Assembly: GCA_003022535.1 (NCBI GenBank)
Contig: PXTT01000039.1
Span: forward strand, 948 to 64,947
Reading direction: 5' to 3'
DNA length: 64,000 bases
Source of the DNA: Bacteroidetes bacterium QS_9_68_14
GTDB taxonomy: Bacteria; Bacteroidota; Rhodothermia; Rhodothermales; Salinibacteraceae
Notes under the pieces: generated by a model
Told to the model about the DNA's origin: nothing
The model's database searches: none
The model's input: the letters and a program-made list of their open reading frames with translations, nothing else
In this document: positions 17,766-27,999 of the stretch, one piece after another
Layout of the letters: the number at the start of each line of letters is the position of its first letter
Position numbering within the stretch: position 1 is the stretch's first letter
Program-made: the position numbers and the translations under genes

Positions 17766-17959
17766 GAGGCGCGCACGGAGCGGGGGTGGGGCAACGGACT
17801 CGAAAACATAGAAAGCTCGGCCACGCTGGGCAAGCGGCCTCGGGGAACGACCTCGCAACGACGCTCCCGCCCGCGCAGCTCCCGCCCCGGCGGAACACGC
17901 GGTGCCGCGCCGAGGTGCGCGACGGGCGTTGCCTCCCGCGTCCCTCCCCAGTCTTCGCC

Positions 17960-18760
17960 ATGACCCTCGACCTCTCCGGCCAGCGCGCGCTCGTCACCGG
18001 CGCGAGCCGCGGCATCGGGCGGGCCATCGCCGGGGCGCTGGGGGCCGCTGGCGCGCGCGTGGCCGTCCACTACCACCGCCGCGCAGAGGCTGCCCAGGCG
18101 GTCGCCAGGGCGGCGGGGAACGGCGCCCGGCCCGTTCAGGCCGACCTCGCGGAGAGCGGCGCGGCCGGGGCGCTCTTCGACGAGGTCGTCGAGGCGCTCG
18201 GCGGCGTGGACGTGCTGGTCAACAACGCCGGCGTGGCGCGCGCACTCCCGTTCGCGCCAGGCGACAATGCCGGCGAGAGCGACGCGGGCGAAAACGGTTT
18301 CACCGAAGCCGACTGGCGTGCCGGCTGGCAGCAGACGATGGCCGTGAACCTGCGCGCCCCCGAGGCGCTCTGCCGCCGCGCCGTGCCGCACTTTCGAGGA
18401 AATGGGGGCGGGCGCATCATCAACGTGGCCTCGCGGGCGGCCTTCCGCGGCGACACGCCCGACTACCTGGCCTACGCCGCCTCGAAGGCCGGGCTCGTAG
18501 CGCTCACGCGCTCGGTGGCGCGCGCTTTCGGGGAAGACGGGATCTGTGCCTTCGCCCTTGCGCCCGGCTTCACGCGCACCGACATGGCGCAGGACTTCAT
18601 CGACGCCTACGGCGAGGCGCACGCCCTGGAGGGCAACGCGCTGGGCCGCCTCACCGAGCCGGAGGACCTCGCCCCGACGGCCGTGCTCCTCGCCAGCGGC
18701 CACGCCGACCACGCCACCGGTACGACCATCGACCTCAACGCCGCCAGCTACGTGCACTGA
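17960..18760 (+). CDS. SDR-family oxidoreductase
   Basis: GQRALVTGASRGIGRAIA, NNAG, catalytic YAASKAG, and PGFTRTDM. ATG at 17960 lies within ORF 17786..18760. Confidence 0.8.
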   Translation: MTLDLSGQRALVTGASRGIGRAIAGALGAAGARVAVHYHRRAEAAQAVARAAGNGARPVQADLAESGAAGALFDEVVEALGGVDVLVNNAGVARALPFAPGDNAGESDAGENGFTEADWRAGWQQTMAVNLRAPEALCRRAVPHFRGNGGGRIINVASRAAFRGDTPDYLAYAASKAGLVALTRSVARAFGEDGICAFALAPGFTRTDMAQDFIDAYGEAHALEGNALGRLTEPEDLAPTAVLLASGHADHATGTTIDLNAASYVH

Positions 18761-18870
18761 TCGGGTTTGGGAGTGCGGGAGTTTGAGAATACGGGGTTTT
18801 CGGGAGGCCGTGCGGTTCGTATCTTCTGAGGGCGTGCTGTACTCTCTTCTCGCGTCGTCTTCTGCGCCCC

Positions 18871-21800
18871 GTGTCGTTGCGCCCGGTCTTCCTCGCGTTG
18901 CTTCTCGCTTCGCTCCCGGCGCTCGGCGCGCTTCCCGCACAGGCGCAGAGCTTTCGCGCCACCACCGGGCGAAACCACCCCGAGATCGAATGGCGCGTGG
19001 CCGAGACGGAGCACTTCGAGATCGTCTACCCCCGGCGGCTGGCCGGCATCGAGGCGAGGGCCGCTCCCATTGCCGAGGAAAGCTACGACGCCCTTTCAGA
19101 GAACCTCGGCATCGCGCCGGAGGAGAAGTTCACGATCTACCTCTCCGATCAGGACGAAATCGCCAACGGCTTCGCCGTGCCCCTCGGCGGCGGCTACACG
19201 CAGATCTGGGTGCATGTCAACGGCTTCGCCCCCACCTGGACGGGCCGCGCGAAGTGGCTGCGCAAGGTGATCGCCCACGAGCTGGCGCACCTGTTTCACT
19301 TCCGCGCCGTCGAGTCGGATCTGGGGCTGGCGGGCATCCCGCTGGCCACGCCGAGCTTCTGGACGGAGGGCCTCGCGCAGTACGAGACGGAGCAATGGGA
19401 CGCCCAACGCGGGGACCGCTGGCTGCGCACGGCCGTGCTGGCGGATGAGCTGTCTTACACCGACGGCCAGTCCCTCCGCAACGGGCGGCTGCGCTACGCC
19501 GTGGGCAACAGCCAGGTGCGCTACCTCGCGGCCACGCGCGGGGACTCAACGATCCGAAAGGTCCTCGCGCATCGGGACACGACCGGTCCGCTGAAGACGT
19601 ACACTTTTCAGGGCGCCTTCGAGGAGGTCACGGGCGAGGACTACGAAGCCTTTTACGAAGACTGGCGCCGCCACGTCAACGTCTACTACAACAGCCTCGC
19701 CGGCCAGCTTCCCACCGCCGACTCGCTGGTGGCCGACTCGGCAGCCGCGCCCATGGAGCGTGCCCCCGGCCAGTACCTCTACGACCTTCAACCGGCGCCG
19801 GGCACGGCAGCGGCGGACTCAGGGCGCGTGGCCGTCCTCTCGGTAATCTCGCCGACGCGCCCGTTGCGCCGCCTCTACGTGCTGGACCGCGCGACGGGCG
19901 AGGCCGAGCCCGTGGCCGAGGGCGCGATCGAGGCGCCGGTAAGCTGGAGCCGCGACGGTGACTCGCTCTTTTTCGCCCGCACCACGCGCGGGGCGAATGG
20001 CTCGCTCGTGAATGACCTCTTCGCAGTCGGCGCCGGTGGGGACATCGGCGACGCCGAGCGTCTGACGCGGAGTCGCCGCGCCGCCTCGCCGGCCCCTCGC
20101 CCTGGGCGCCCGAGCCAGATCGCCTTCGTGGGGGCGAAAGGCTCGGCGGCCAACCTTTTCCTGCTGAACCGGCGCACCGGCGAGGAGCGCCAGCTCACCC
20201 ACTTCACCGGCGACGTGCAGATCAGCGCGCTCGCCTGGCGGCCCGGCGACACGGACGGCAACGCGGGCGGCCTGAGCGACACGCTGGCCTTCGCGCGCTT
20301 CACCGATGCGGGCATGCGCGACATCGCCCTGCTGGACGTGGAAAGCGGGCGCGTCACTTCCATCACTGCGCCCCGACCGAAGGAAGGGGCCGACCGGTCA
20401 TCCCCTCGCGGGGGAAGTACTCCCCGGGGTGCTCCGGGCGCGGACAACCGCGTGCCCGTCTTCGCCCCCGGCGGAGACCGGCTCGCCTACACGACGCTCC
20501 GCGACGACGTGCCGAACATTTTCACCTATGACCTCGTCACCGGCACGCACCGGCGCGTGACCAACCTCGCCGAGGGTGCCACCGCTTACGGCTGGCTCGC
20601 GCCGGATTCGACGCATCCGCGCGGCCGGCTCGCCGCCGTCACCGCCGAGGGCAAGGCCCGCGACCGCGCGTTGCTGCTGAACGCGGGCCACGCGGCGCCC
20701 GACCCCGACACGGGCGCGAGTGCCCCGCCCGGCTTTTCGGAATGGACCACCACGCGCCCGCCGCAGGAGGTGCCCACACAAATCGCGCCGGACGCCTCCC
20801 TGATCGAACCCGGCTCGCGGCGGGCGTACTCCGCCTGGGACAACCTGACGCACGTCATCTCGGGCGGATTTCCCTACTACGCAGGGGCGCGCGGCTACGG
20901 CGTGGCCGCCGGCTCGGTCTGGTACGAGCCGCTGGGCACGCACGCCTTCTTCGGCGGCGGGGGGCTGGCGGTCAACGACCCTTCGGAGAGCTTCTTTTAC
21001 GGGGAGTACCGCAACAACCAGTTCCGGCCCGCGCTCTCGCTCACCGCCGAGCGCCTGCCGCGCGAGCCACAGAGCTATGGGCGCTCCGGCAGCTCTTTGG
21101 AGGAAACCACCTCCGCACTCCAACTGGAGGCCGACTGGGCGGTGGACATGTGGCCGCGCCCCTACACCGAGACCCGGCTGGAGACCGAGCTGGAGCTGGC
21201 CGACTACCGGCTGCGCGACACCGCGGGGCTGGACCTGGCGGGCACAGGGCTGCCCGCGCCGGAGGAGGGCCAGGAGCTACGCTTCGAGGTGGCGCTCGAG
21301 CGCAAGCGGCTGCCTCCCTACGCGCGTAACCTCGTGCACCCGCTCGACGGGCACGGATGGCGCCTCCAGCTCAGCGGCGCGCCGGCGCTCCTCGGCACCG
21401 ACAGCCAGTTTCTGCGCCTCGGCGCGGCGGGCTTCCGGCTACTGCCGGGGCTCTTCGGGCAGCACCGGCTCTATCTCTACGGCCACGCGCAGGCGCAGAC
21501 CGGCACCCCACTGGCGCAACGCTTCCTGGGCCTGCGCCGCACCGACACCGAAGACCTCCGCCTGCCGCCGTTTTTCTACCTCAGCGTGCCCGACAACGAG
21601 CGCGTGCGCGGCTACCGCAGCTACGCCCCGGGCAACCGCGTGGCCTTCGGCACCGCCGAGTACCGCGTGCCCGTCGTCTCGGGGCTTCGGACCGAGATCC
21701 TCGGCCTCGCGCGGCTGGGGGCCACCAGCGCCGCCCTCTTCGCCGACAGCGGCCTCGTGTGGGACGGCGCGACGCCCACGGCCCGGCGCCTAGGGCTGGG

Positions 21801-21957
21801 CGTGGAGCTCAAAAACGAGGTCGTCCTGGGCGGCGGGCTGTTGCGCGTCGGCCACGCGCTGGGCGTGGCGCAGCCGGCCGACCGGGTCGGCACCTACGAC
21901 GAGCGCGGCGCGGACTACCGCGTGTACTACCGCGTCCAGGCGGCGGTGCCGTTTTAG
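18871..21957 (+). CDS. Large outer-membrane protein: N-terminal HEXXH peptidase-like domain, TolB/PD40-like propeller repeats and a C-terminal beta-barrel
   Basis: Signal peptide ending AQAQ. HELAH at 19276-19290 followed by WTEGLAQYE. PD40-like repeats are present (SWSRDGDSLFF, IAFVGAKGSAANLFLLN, PVFAPGGDRLAYTT...NIFTYDL). The C-terminal third has alternating residues and ends ...YRVQAAVPF. Confidence 0.6.
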   Translation: MSLRPVFLALLLASLPALGALPAQAQSFRATTGRNHPEIEWRVAETEHFEIVYPRRLAGIEARAAPIAEESYDALSENLGIAPEEKFTIYLSDQDEIANGFAVPLGGGYTQIWVHVNGFAPTWTGRAKWLRKVIAHELAHLFHFRAVESDLGLAGIPLATPSFWTEGLAQYETEQWDAQRGDRWLRTAVLADELSYTDGQSLRNGRLRYAVGNSQVRYLAATRGDSTIRKVLAHRDTTGPLKTYTFQGAFEEVTGEDYEAFYEDWRRHVNVYYNSLAGQLPTADSLVADSAAAPMERAPGQYLYDLQPAPGTAAADSGRVAVLSVISPTRPLRRLYVLDRATGEAEPVAEGAIEAPVSWSRDGDSLFFARTTRGANGSLVNDLFAVGAGGDIGDAERLTRSRRAASPAPRPGRPSQIAFVGAKGSAANLFLLNRRTGEERQLTHFTGDVQISALAWRPGDTDGNAGGLSDTLAFARFTDAGMRDIALLDVESGRVTSITAPRPKEGADRSSPRGGSTPRGAPGADNRVPVFAPGGDRLAYTTLRDDVPNIFTYDLVTGTHRRVTNLAEGATAYGWLAPDSTHPRGRLAAVTAEGKARDRALLLNAGHAAPDPDTGASAPPGFSEWTTTRPPQEVPTQIAPDASLIEPGSRRAYSAWDNLTHVISGGFPYYAGARGYGVAAGSVWYEPLGTHAFFGGGGLAVNDPSESFFYGEYRNNQFRPALSLTAERLPREPQSYGRSGSSLEETTSALQLEADWAVDMWPRPYTETRLETELELADYRLRDTAGLDLAGTGLPAPEEGQELRFEVALERKRLPPYARNLVHPLDGHGWRLQLSGAPALLGTDSQFLRLGAAGFRLLPGLFGQHRLYLYGHAQAQTGTPLAQRFLGLRRTDTEDLRLPPFFYLSVPDNERVRGYRSYAPGNRVAFGTAEYRVPVVSGLRTEILGLARLGATSAALFADSGLVWDGATPTARRLGLGVELKNEVVLGGGLLRVGHALGVAQPADRVGTYDERGADYRVYYRVQAAVPF

Positions 21958-22274
21958 CCGTCCTGCTCGTACACCGGCCTGCAGCTGTTGGCTAAGAAAT
22001 ACGCATGCCCCGGCGCGTCTTCCGTGAAAGCCTCGAAGCTGGCGTACTGGTCGCTCCGCTGGGCGCGGTGCTTCGGCGCCATGCGAACCACGCGCGCAGT
22101 GCACGGCCCGGCCTGCGCGACGACGCTCATCGGCGCGCTGGGGCTCTTGCCGTCGCCGGCCGACGGCGCGGTCATCATGGCCGCCGCGGCGCTGATGTTC
22201 GGCACGCACCGCACGGTGCGAAAGATCGCCCCGGCGAACGGAAAGCGCAACGCCGAAGCCGATCCGCCTCGGCT

Positions 22275-22727
22275 CTACGGAGACGACGGCCGGCGCGCAT
22301 CCGCGCCGCGCTCCCGGGGGGCTTTCTTCTCGGCCTTCTTCTCGAAGGGGGACGCTCGCGCGGAAGCCTCCTGGCGCTTCTGCATCAGCCCGCCGACGAT
22401 GCCGCCGACCACGAGGGGCATAAGGTCCAGAAGCAACGAGCCTTCCGGGAAGAGCGCGTGGCCCGACAGCCCGGCGAGCACACCGGCCGTTACTCCAAAG
22501 AGCAGCCCCTTCGCCCACCACGACGATGCCAGGCGGCTGGCCAGCTCGGCGACCGGCAAGATGGACGCCCCCAGCAGCGGATAGACGACGAGGAAGGGCC
22601 ACGCCAGACCCCCCATCAGCGCGAAGGCGGCGGCGACGCCTGCGCCGGCCACGAAAAGCGACGCGAGGACCCGGTCGCCGTGGCCGCGCTGGTCGAGCGA
22701 ATCGTAGACGTAATCGTACAGGTTCAT
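22275..22727 (-). CDS. Integral membrane protein, unknown function
   Basis: 150 aa from MNLYDYVY with about four hydrophobic helices and a charged tail. It lies directly downstream of rpoD on the same strand. Confidence 0.45.
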   Translation of the reverse strand: MNLYDYVYDSLDQRGHGDRVLASLFVAGAGVAAAFALMGGLAWPFLVVYPLLGASILPVAELASRLASSWWAKGLLFGVTAGVLAGLSGHALFPEGSLLLDLMPLVVGGIVGGLMQKRQEASARASPFEKKAEKKAPRERGADARRPSSP

Positions 22728-22823
22728 GGCGGGGGCCGCTGCTTTGGTGCTGGGGAAGCCGCCTCGCAGCGAAGGCACCACGCACCATACGCGACGCCTC
22801 CAATCTTCAGCCTTCAACCGGCA

Positions 22824-23663
22824 TCAGCCGATGTGCATCTGGAGGTCTTCCTTGCGGTGCTTCTGACGGAGCTTGCGCAGGGCCTTCTCCTTGATCTGGC
22901 GCACGCGCTCTCTCGTCAGCCCGAAGCGTTGCCCGATCTCCTCGAGCGTCAGCGGGTGCTCGCGCCCGATGCCGAAGTAGAGGCGCGTGATCTCCGCCTC
23001 GCGCGGGTGTAGCGCCGAGAGCGCCCGCTCGATGTCGATCTTGACCGACTCGCCCATCATCTCGTCGTCGGGCGTGCCGGTGTCCTCGTCGGGGAGGACG
23101 TCGAGGAGGCTGTTGTCGTCCTCCTCGTTGAAGGGGGCGTCCATCGAGAGGTGACGGCTGGAGTGCTGCATCGCCTCGCGCACCTTCTGCACGTCGATGT
23201 CCAGCTCCTCGGCGAGCTCCTCGATGTTGGGGTCGCGGTCGTGCTCCTGACTGAGCTTGGCCTTCTTCTTGCGGATCTTCGAGATCGTGCCGATGCGGTT
23301 CAAGGGCAGCCGCACCACGCGCGACTGCTCGGCGAGGGCCTGGAGAATCGCCTGCCGGATCCACCAGACCGCGTAGGAGATGAACTTGAATCCACGTGTC
23401 TCGTCGAAGCGCTTGGCGGCCTTGATGAGCCCGTAGTTGCCCTCGTTGATCAGGTCTGAGAGCGAGAGGCCCTGGCCCTGGTACTTTTTGGCCACGCTCA
23501 CCACGAAGCGCAGGTTCGCCCGCACGAGCTGGTGGAGCGCCTCCTTGTCGCCCTCATCGATGCGCCGCGCCAGCTCCACTTCTTCTTCCGGTTCGAGCAG
23601 GTCGATCTGTCCAATTTCCTGAAGGTACTGGTCCAGCATCCGCTGCTGACGAGGGGCGTACAT
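22824..23663 (-). CDS. rpoD: Primary RNA polymerase sigma factor, short Bacteroidetes type
   Basis: Regions 1.2-4.2 are present ([77 protein letters not shown]). At ~279 aa it has no region 1.1, as in Bacteroidota SigA. Confidence 0.9.
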   Translation of the reverse strand: MYAPRQQRMLDQYLQEIGQIDLLEPEEEVELARRIDEGDKEALHQLVRANLRFVVSVAKKYQGQGLSLSDLINEGNYGLIKAAKRFDETRGFKFISYAVWWIRQAILQALAEQSRVVRLPLNRIGTISKIRKKKAKLSQEHDRDPNIEELAEELDIDVQKVREAMQHSSRHLSMDAPFNEEDDNSLLDVLPDEDTGTPDDEMMGESVKIDIERALSALHPREAEITRLYFGIGREHPLTLEEIGQRFGLTRERVRQIKEKALRKLRQKHRKEDLQMHIG

Positions 23664-24002
23664 AGGGCGAGGAGCCGTAGGTTTAGGCGGAAGGGGCGAC
23701 GCGAGGGGAGGGGGGACCGGCCGGGAAGAGACGAGGCCGCTGGCCGAAGCGCGGCGTGGCAAAAAGACCGTTGCGAAGGGCGCGCGGGAGCAGGCGCCGC
23801 CAGGCCGCGTGTCGTTTCTGCAATTGTGCGGCACGCGCCGCGCCGGGCGCAGTTCCCGCGAGCCGGGCTAATGGGCTGTTTCGGCGTGCACTATGGCAAA
23901 TCTTCGGCGTTTGTTTCCGTAAGGGGCCGCTCGTCTGGGCGAACGGTCACGAGCGCGCGGTGAACGGTTCTGATCGCATGGCGAGCGTCCGGCGGCCGCG
24001 CG

Positions 24003-25562
24003 TCAGTCCGCGCGTGAGGGGGCTCCGGCGGCGCGCAGCACGCCCTCGGCCACGTCGCGCTCCTCGCTCATGCGCGGGACCTTCGTCTGGCCGGTCACGC
24101 GCTCCTTCTCGCCTTGGAGCCAGCGGTAGAAGGTGCCCGGCGGCACGGGCGTGACCGTCGGCGCGGCGAACGCCTCGGCCTCGCGGCGGATGCGGTAGTG
24201 GCGGTTGGCCTCCTGCAAATGCTCGTCAAGCGCGCGGGCGAACGCCTCGCAGTCCCCCTCCGTGAGGCCGTTTTCCGCAAACTCCACGAGCCACTGGTGC
24301 GACGGAAGCGCGTCCTCGGTGCCGGCGTCAGGATGCGGGGCAAGGTGGAAGTCCGTCATGCGCGCCCCCGCCGCTTCGCAGGCGCGTCGCACCGCCGCGC
24401 GCGCCTCTTCGCCAAAGACCGCCTCTCCGTAGGCGTCCACCATCTCGGAGGTGCGCCCGGCCACCTCGATCTTGTGCGGGAAGAGCGACGTGAAGCGCAC
24501 CACGTCGCCGACGCGGTAGGCCCAGAGCCCGCTGGCGTTCGAGACGACCATCGCGTAGCGCTCGTCCTTCTGGACCTCGGCAATCGTCAGCCGCTCAGGA
24601 TCGTCGGAATGGATCTGGTCGAGCGGAACGAACTCGAAGAAGACCTCCCCATCCAGGTGCAGCAGCATCGAGCGGTCATCGCGGCGGGACTGGAAGGAGA
24701 AAAAGCCCTCCGACGCGCCGTAGGTTTCCAGAAAGTCCACCGGCTTGCCGATGCGCTTTTCCAGCAAAGCGCGGTAGGAGCTCAGCGCCACACCCCCGCT
24801 AAAGAAGACCTGGAGGTTCGGCCACACGTCCGCGACGGTTTCGGCGGGGCGGCCCGTCTGGCGCTCGTAGGCGGCCGTGAGCTCGTCGAAGAGCACCAGC
24901 GCCCACGTCGGCGCCATCACCACGAGGCGCACGTCCATCTGCGCGGTGCGGCGCGCGATCTCGCGGAGCTTGCGGTCCCAGCCCTCCATGAACGTGACCT
25001 CGTTGGGCACGGCCTGGAGGAGCCCCGTGAAGTAGGAAGGCGCCTGCTCGGCGACCAGCCCGCTGACCTCGCCGACGAGCGTGCCGGGGAAGTCGGGGTC
25101 CTCGGCCACGCGGCCCGGCAGGGTCAGGTGCTTGCCGAAGAGGAACGACGGGTCGCCACGCTGCTCGGCGAGGTAATGCAGCCCCGCCCCGATGCTAAAG
25201 CGGCGCGTGGCCGTGAGGCTTTGCTGGGAGAGCGGGATCACCTTGCCGTCGCTGGCGGTGCCGCTCGAGACGGCGAAGTGCGTCGTGCGCCCCGGCCAGA
25301 TGACATCCTCGGCCCCAGCGCGGATGCGGCACGCGTCCTCGCGGAGGTCGTCGTAGTCGTGCAGCGGCACGCGCTCCCGGAAGGCGTCGGTCACGTCGGG
25401 CGCCTCGGCGATCTCGGCAAAGCCGTAGCGGCGCCCCCACTCCGTGCCCGCCGCCGTGCGCAGAAGGCGCCGCAGGAGCCGCTGCTGCGTGCCGACGGGG
25501 TCGCGCACGTACCGCCGGATGCGGCGCAGGTGCGGCGTGAGGCGCCCCCCCGCGCGCAGCAT
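24003..25562 (-). CDS. GH3 (auxin-responsive promoter) family acyl-acid amido synthetase-like protein
   Basis: LLRTAAGTEWGRRYGF...VPLHDYDDL...FAVSSGTASDGKVIP...FFSGG...ETYGASEGFFSFQ pattern of bacterial GH3 adenylating enzymes. ATG 25560-25562 is chosen; the ORF track starts at a TTG at 25589. Confidence 0.75.
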   Translation of the reverse strand: MLRAGGRLTPHLRRIRRYVRDPVGTQQRLLRRLLRTAAGTEWGRRYGFAEIAEAPDVTDAFRERVPLHDYDDLREDACRIRAGAEDVIWPGRTTHFAVSSGTASDGKVIPLSQQSLTATRRFSIGAGLHYLAEQRGDPSFLFGKHLTLPGRVAEDPDFPGTLVGEVSGLVAEQAPSYFTGLLQAVPNEVTFMEGWDRKLREIARRTAQMDVRLVVMAPTWALVLFDELTAAYERQTGRPAETVADVWPNLQVFFSGGVALSSYRALLEKRIGKPVDFLETYGASEGFFSFQSRRDDRSMLLHLDGEVFFEFVPLDQIHSDDPERLTIAEVQKDERYAMVVSNASGLWAYRVGDVVRFTSLFPHKIEVAGRTSEMVDAYGEAVFGEEARAAVRRACEAAGARMTDFHLAPHPDAGTEDALPSHQWLVEFAENGLTEGDCEAFARALDEHLQEANRHYRIRREAEAFAAPTVTPVPPGTFYRWLQGEKERVTGQTKVPRMSEERDVAEGVLRAAGAPSRAD

Positions 25563-25831
25563 GGTTTGCAAAAGCGAATCCACGGGCAACGCGACAAGCT
25601 CAGGAGCAACGCCAACCGGCCGCCAACTTGCTGGCGACCGCGCCGTAAAAGCGCTGTGCTAACGCTTCGTTCCCGGCGGAGGCTCGCTTCGCAGGACGGC
25701 GGGCCGTGGACGGCGAACCGCGGTCTTTCAGCCCGCAACGCGTTGCCGGAATAGCCAGGCGTTGCCGTCTGGGGGCTCCGCCGGCCCGAGGAGAACCATC
25801 AACCATCTACCCTCCACCATCCACAAAAACC

Positions 25832-26839
25832 GTGACGTCTCCTGAAAGCAACGCTTCAGAAGCGGCGCTCGACTCGACCAGCCGAGACGACGCCTATCCG
25901 CGCGACCGCTTCGTGCTGGACTGCGGCGACGCCCGGCACGAACGGACGCTCGACCTGCGGCCCAGCTCGGACACGCCGGCGAAGGTGATGGGCATCCTCA
26001 ACGTCACGCCCGATTCGTTCTCCGACGGGGGGCAGTTTCTGGAAAAAGAGGACGCGCTCGCCCGCGTTGAGGAGATGCTCGCGGAGGGCGCCGATGTGAT
26101 CGACATCGGAGGGGAGTCGAGCCGGCCGGCCGGCAGCGTGTACGGCGAGGGTGCGGCGGCGGTGGCCGCGGAGCAAGAGAAGCGCCGCGTGCTGCCGGTC
26201 GTCGAGGCGGTGGCCGAGCGCTTCCCCGAAGCCATCCTCTCGGTAGACACCTACAAACCGGGCGTGGCGCGGGCCGCGCTCGCGGCGGGGGCGCACCTCA
26301 TCAACGACATCACGGGGCTGCGCGTCCACCCCGAGACGGCGGCGGTCTGCGCGGAGCACGGCGCGCCGCTGGCGGTGATGCACTCGCGCGGGCGGCCCGG
26401 CGCCTTCGAGCACGCCGAGGAGTACCCCGAGGGCGTGACCGAGGGCGTGGCCAGCGTGCTGGCCGAGTCGGTCGAAACGGCCGAGGCGGCGGGCGTGCGG
26501 CAGGTGGTGGTGGACCCGGGCTTCGGCTTCGGCAAAACGCCCGAGGGGAACCTGCGCCTTCTGGCCGCCAGCGGCGCGCTCCTGGAGCGGCTGGGGCGGC
26601 CCGTGCTGGTGGGCATTTCTCGGAAAAGCACCATCGGGGCCACGCTGGCCGAATGCACCGGCGCGCCCGACCCCGTGCCGATCGGCGAGCGCCTCTTCGG
26701 CTCGCTGGGGGCCACGTCCGTGGCCGTGATGCGCGGGGCCACGCTGGTGCGGACCCACGACGTGCGCGCTACCGTTGAGATGCTGTGTACGCTTGCCGCG
26801 TGCGAGAGCGCGGGGGCGCGGGCGTCCGGGCGTCCCTAG
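25832..26839 (+). CDS. folP: Dihydropteroate synthase
   Basis: VMGILNVTPDSFSDGG, GADVIDIGGESSRP, SVDTYK, INDITG and VVDPGFGFGKT. The GTG start at 25832 is preceded by an ACCATC-rich leader. Confidence 0.9.
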   Translation: MTSPESNASEAALDSTSRDDAYPRDRFVLDCGDARHERTLDLRPSSDTPAKVMGILNVTPDSFSDGGQFLEKEDALARVEEMLAEGADVIDIGGESSRPAGSVYGEGAAAVAAEQEKRRVLPVVEAVAERFPEAILSVDTYKPGVARAALAAGAHLINDITGLRVHPETAAVCAEHGAPLAVMHSRGRPGAFEHAEEYPEGVTEGVASVLAESVETAEAAGVRQVVVDPGFGFGKTPEGNLRLLAASGALLERLGRPVLVGISRKSTIGATLAECTGAPDPVPIGERLFGSLGATSVAVMRGATLVRTHDVRATVEMLCTLAACESAGARASGRP

Positions 26840-26983
26840 TGCCTCTGTGTTGGCAACCCGTCTACCGCGTTCTTTTTCCCTGCGAGGTGGCCCAAAGGCC
26901 GAAGCCCACGACCACGTTGACGACGGCTTTCGCCGCGTGCATCGCCGGCACGCGCTCCCGCTCCCCTAAACCCCACGTCCACG

Positions 26984-27832
26984 GTGCCGCTTCTCGACAT
27001 TCTTTCCATCGGGATCGTAGACGCCGTGGAGATCACGCTGGTGGCCTACCTGCTTTACCGGCTCTACCAGCTGATGCGCGGCACCATCGCCGTGCAGATC
27101 TTCTTCGGCATCGTGGCGCTGGTGCTGGTGCAAATGTTGGTGATCGCCGCCGACATGACGATGCTGGGGGCCATCTTCTCGAAGGTCGGTGAGGTCTTCG
27201 TCCTGGCAGTGATTATCTTGTTTCAGCCGGAGATCCGGCGCCTGCTTTTGATGATCGGGCAGAACCCACTGGTGCGGCGCCTCGTCTCCTCGCCCGCGCA
27301 GGAGGAACTGATCGACGAGGTCGTCGAGGCGGTCAAGGACATGAGCGAGCAGAAGATCGGGGCGCTGATCGCCTTTCAGCGCTCCACGGGCCTGCGCAGC
27401 TACGTCGAGACGGGGGCGGACATCGGCGCGCAGGTGACGAGCGACCTCCTGGTGACGATTTTCTACGCGCAAAACCCGCTTCACGACGGGGCAGCGATCA
27501 TCCAGAACCGGCGCCTGGAGGCGGCGCGCTGCATCCTGCCGGTCTCCACCTCGATGAACCTGAGCCCGCAGATGGGCCTGCGCCACCGCGCGGCCGTGGG
27601 CCTCACCGAGCAGACCGACGCCTTCGTGGTGATCGTCTCTGAGGAGACGGGCGAGATTTCCGTCTCCGAGAAGGGCGACCTCGACTCGGGGTTCTCCCCG
27701 CACGACTTCCGCGAGCGGCTGCGCCAGGCGCTCTCCCCGCAGACCCGCTCGGCGGGCACTTCGGGCGCGTCGGCGTCGGGACCGGGATCTTCTGCCCCGG
27801 CCGAGCGCCCCACCGAGGAAGTCCCGGCCTGA
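26984..27832 (+). CDS. cdaA: Diadenylate cyclase CdaA (c-di-AMP synthase)
   Basis: Three N-terminal TM helices followed by a DAC domain (GALIAFQR, LHDGAAII, RHRAAVGLTEQTDAFVVIVSEETGEISV). folP-cdaA adjacency is common in Bacteroidota. Confidence 0.9.
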   Translation: MPLLDILSIGIVDAVEITLVAYLLYRLYQLMRGTIAVQIFFGIVALVLVQMLVIAADMTMLGAIFSKVGEVFVLAVIILFQPEIRRLLLMIGQNPLVRRLVSSPAQEELIDEVVEAVKDMSEQKIGALIAFQRSTGLRSYVETGADIGAQVTSDLLVTIFYAQNPLHDGAAIIQNRRLEAARCILPVSTSMNLSPQMGLRHRAAVGLTEQTDAFVVIVSEETGEISVSEKGDLDSGFSPHDFRERLRQALSPQTRSAGTSGASASGPGSSAPAERPTEEVPA

Positions 27833-27999
27833 TGCCAGAGACAGGGGGCCGCAGGCAGCGACGGTCGTCCCAGGGGGCTCGCGTCATGCGGCGTGTCGTC
27901 GTTGCTGCACCGCCCGGCGGGGCTGCTCGCGTGGCGCCCCGCGCGCGCTCTTCCCGCGCTCTTCCTCCCGGCTCTCATGCCCTCCGGTTCGTCTAGCGC

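Noticed and set aside
21954-22250. Small minus-strand ORF (42-aa core MAPKHRAQRSDQYASFEAFTEDAPGHAYFLANSCRPVYEQDG) between convergent genes
   Set aside because: Codon usage is plausible. However, the leader is G-rich, unlike other starts here, and there is no recognisable motif or hydrophobic segment. Support is insufficient to call a gene.
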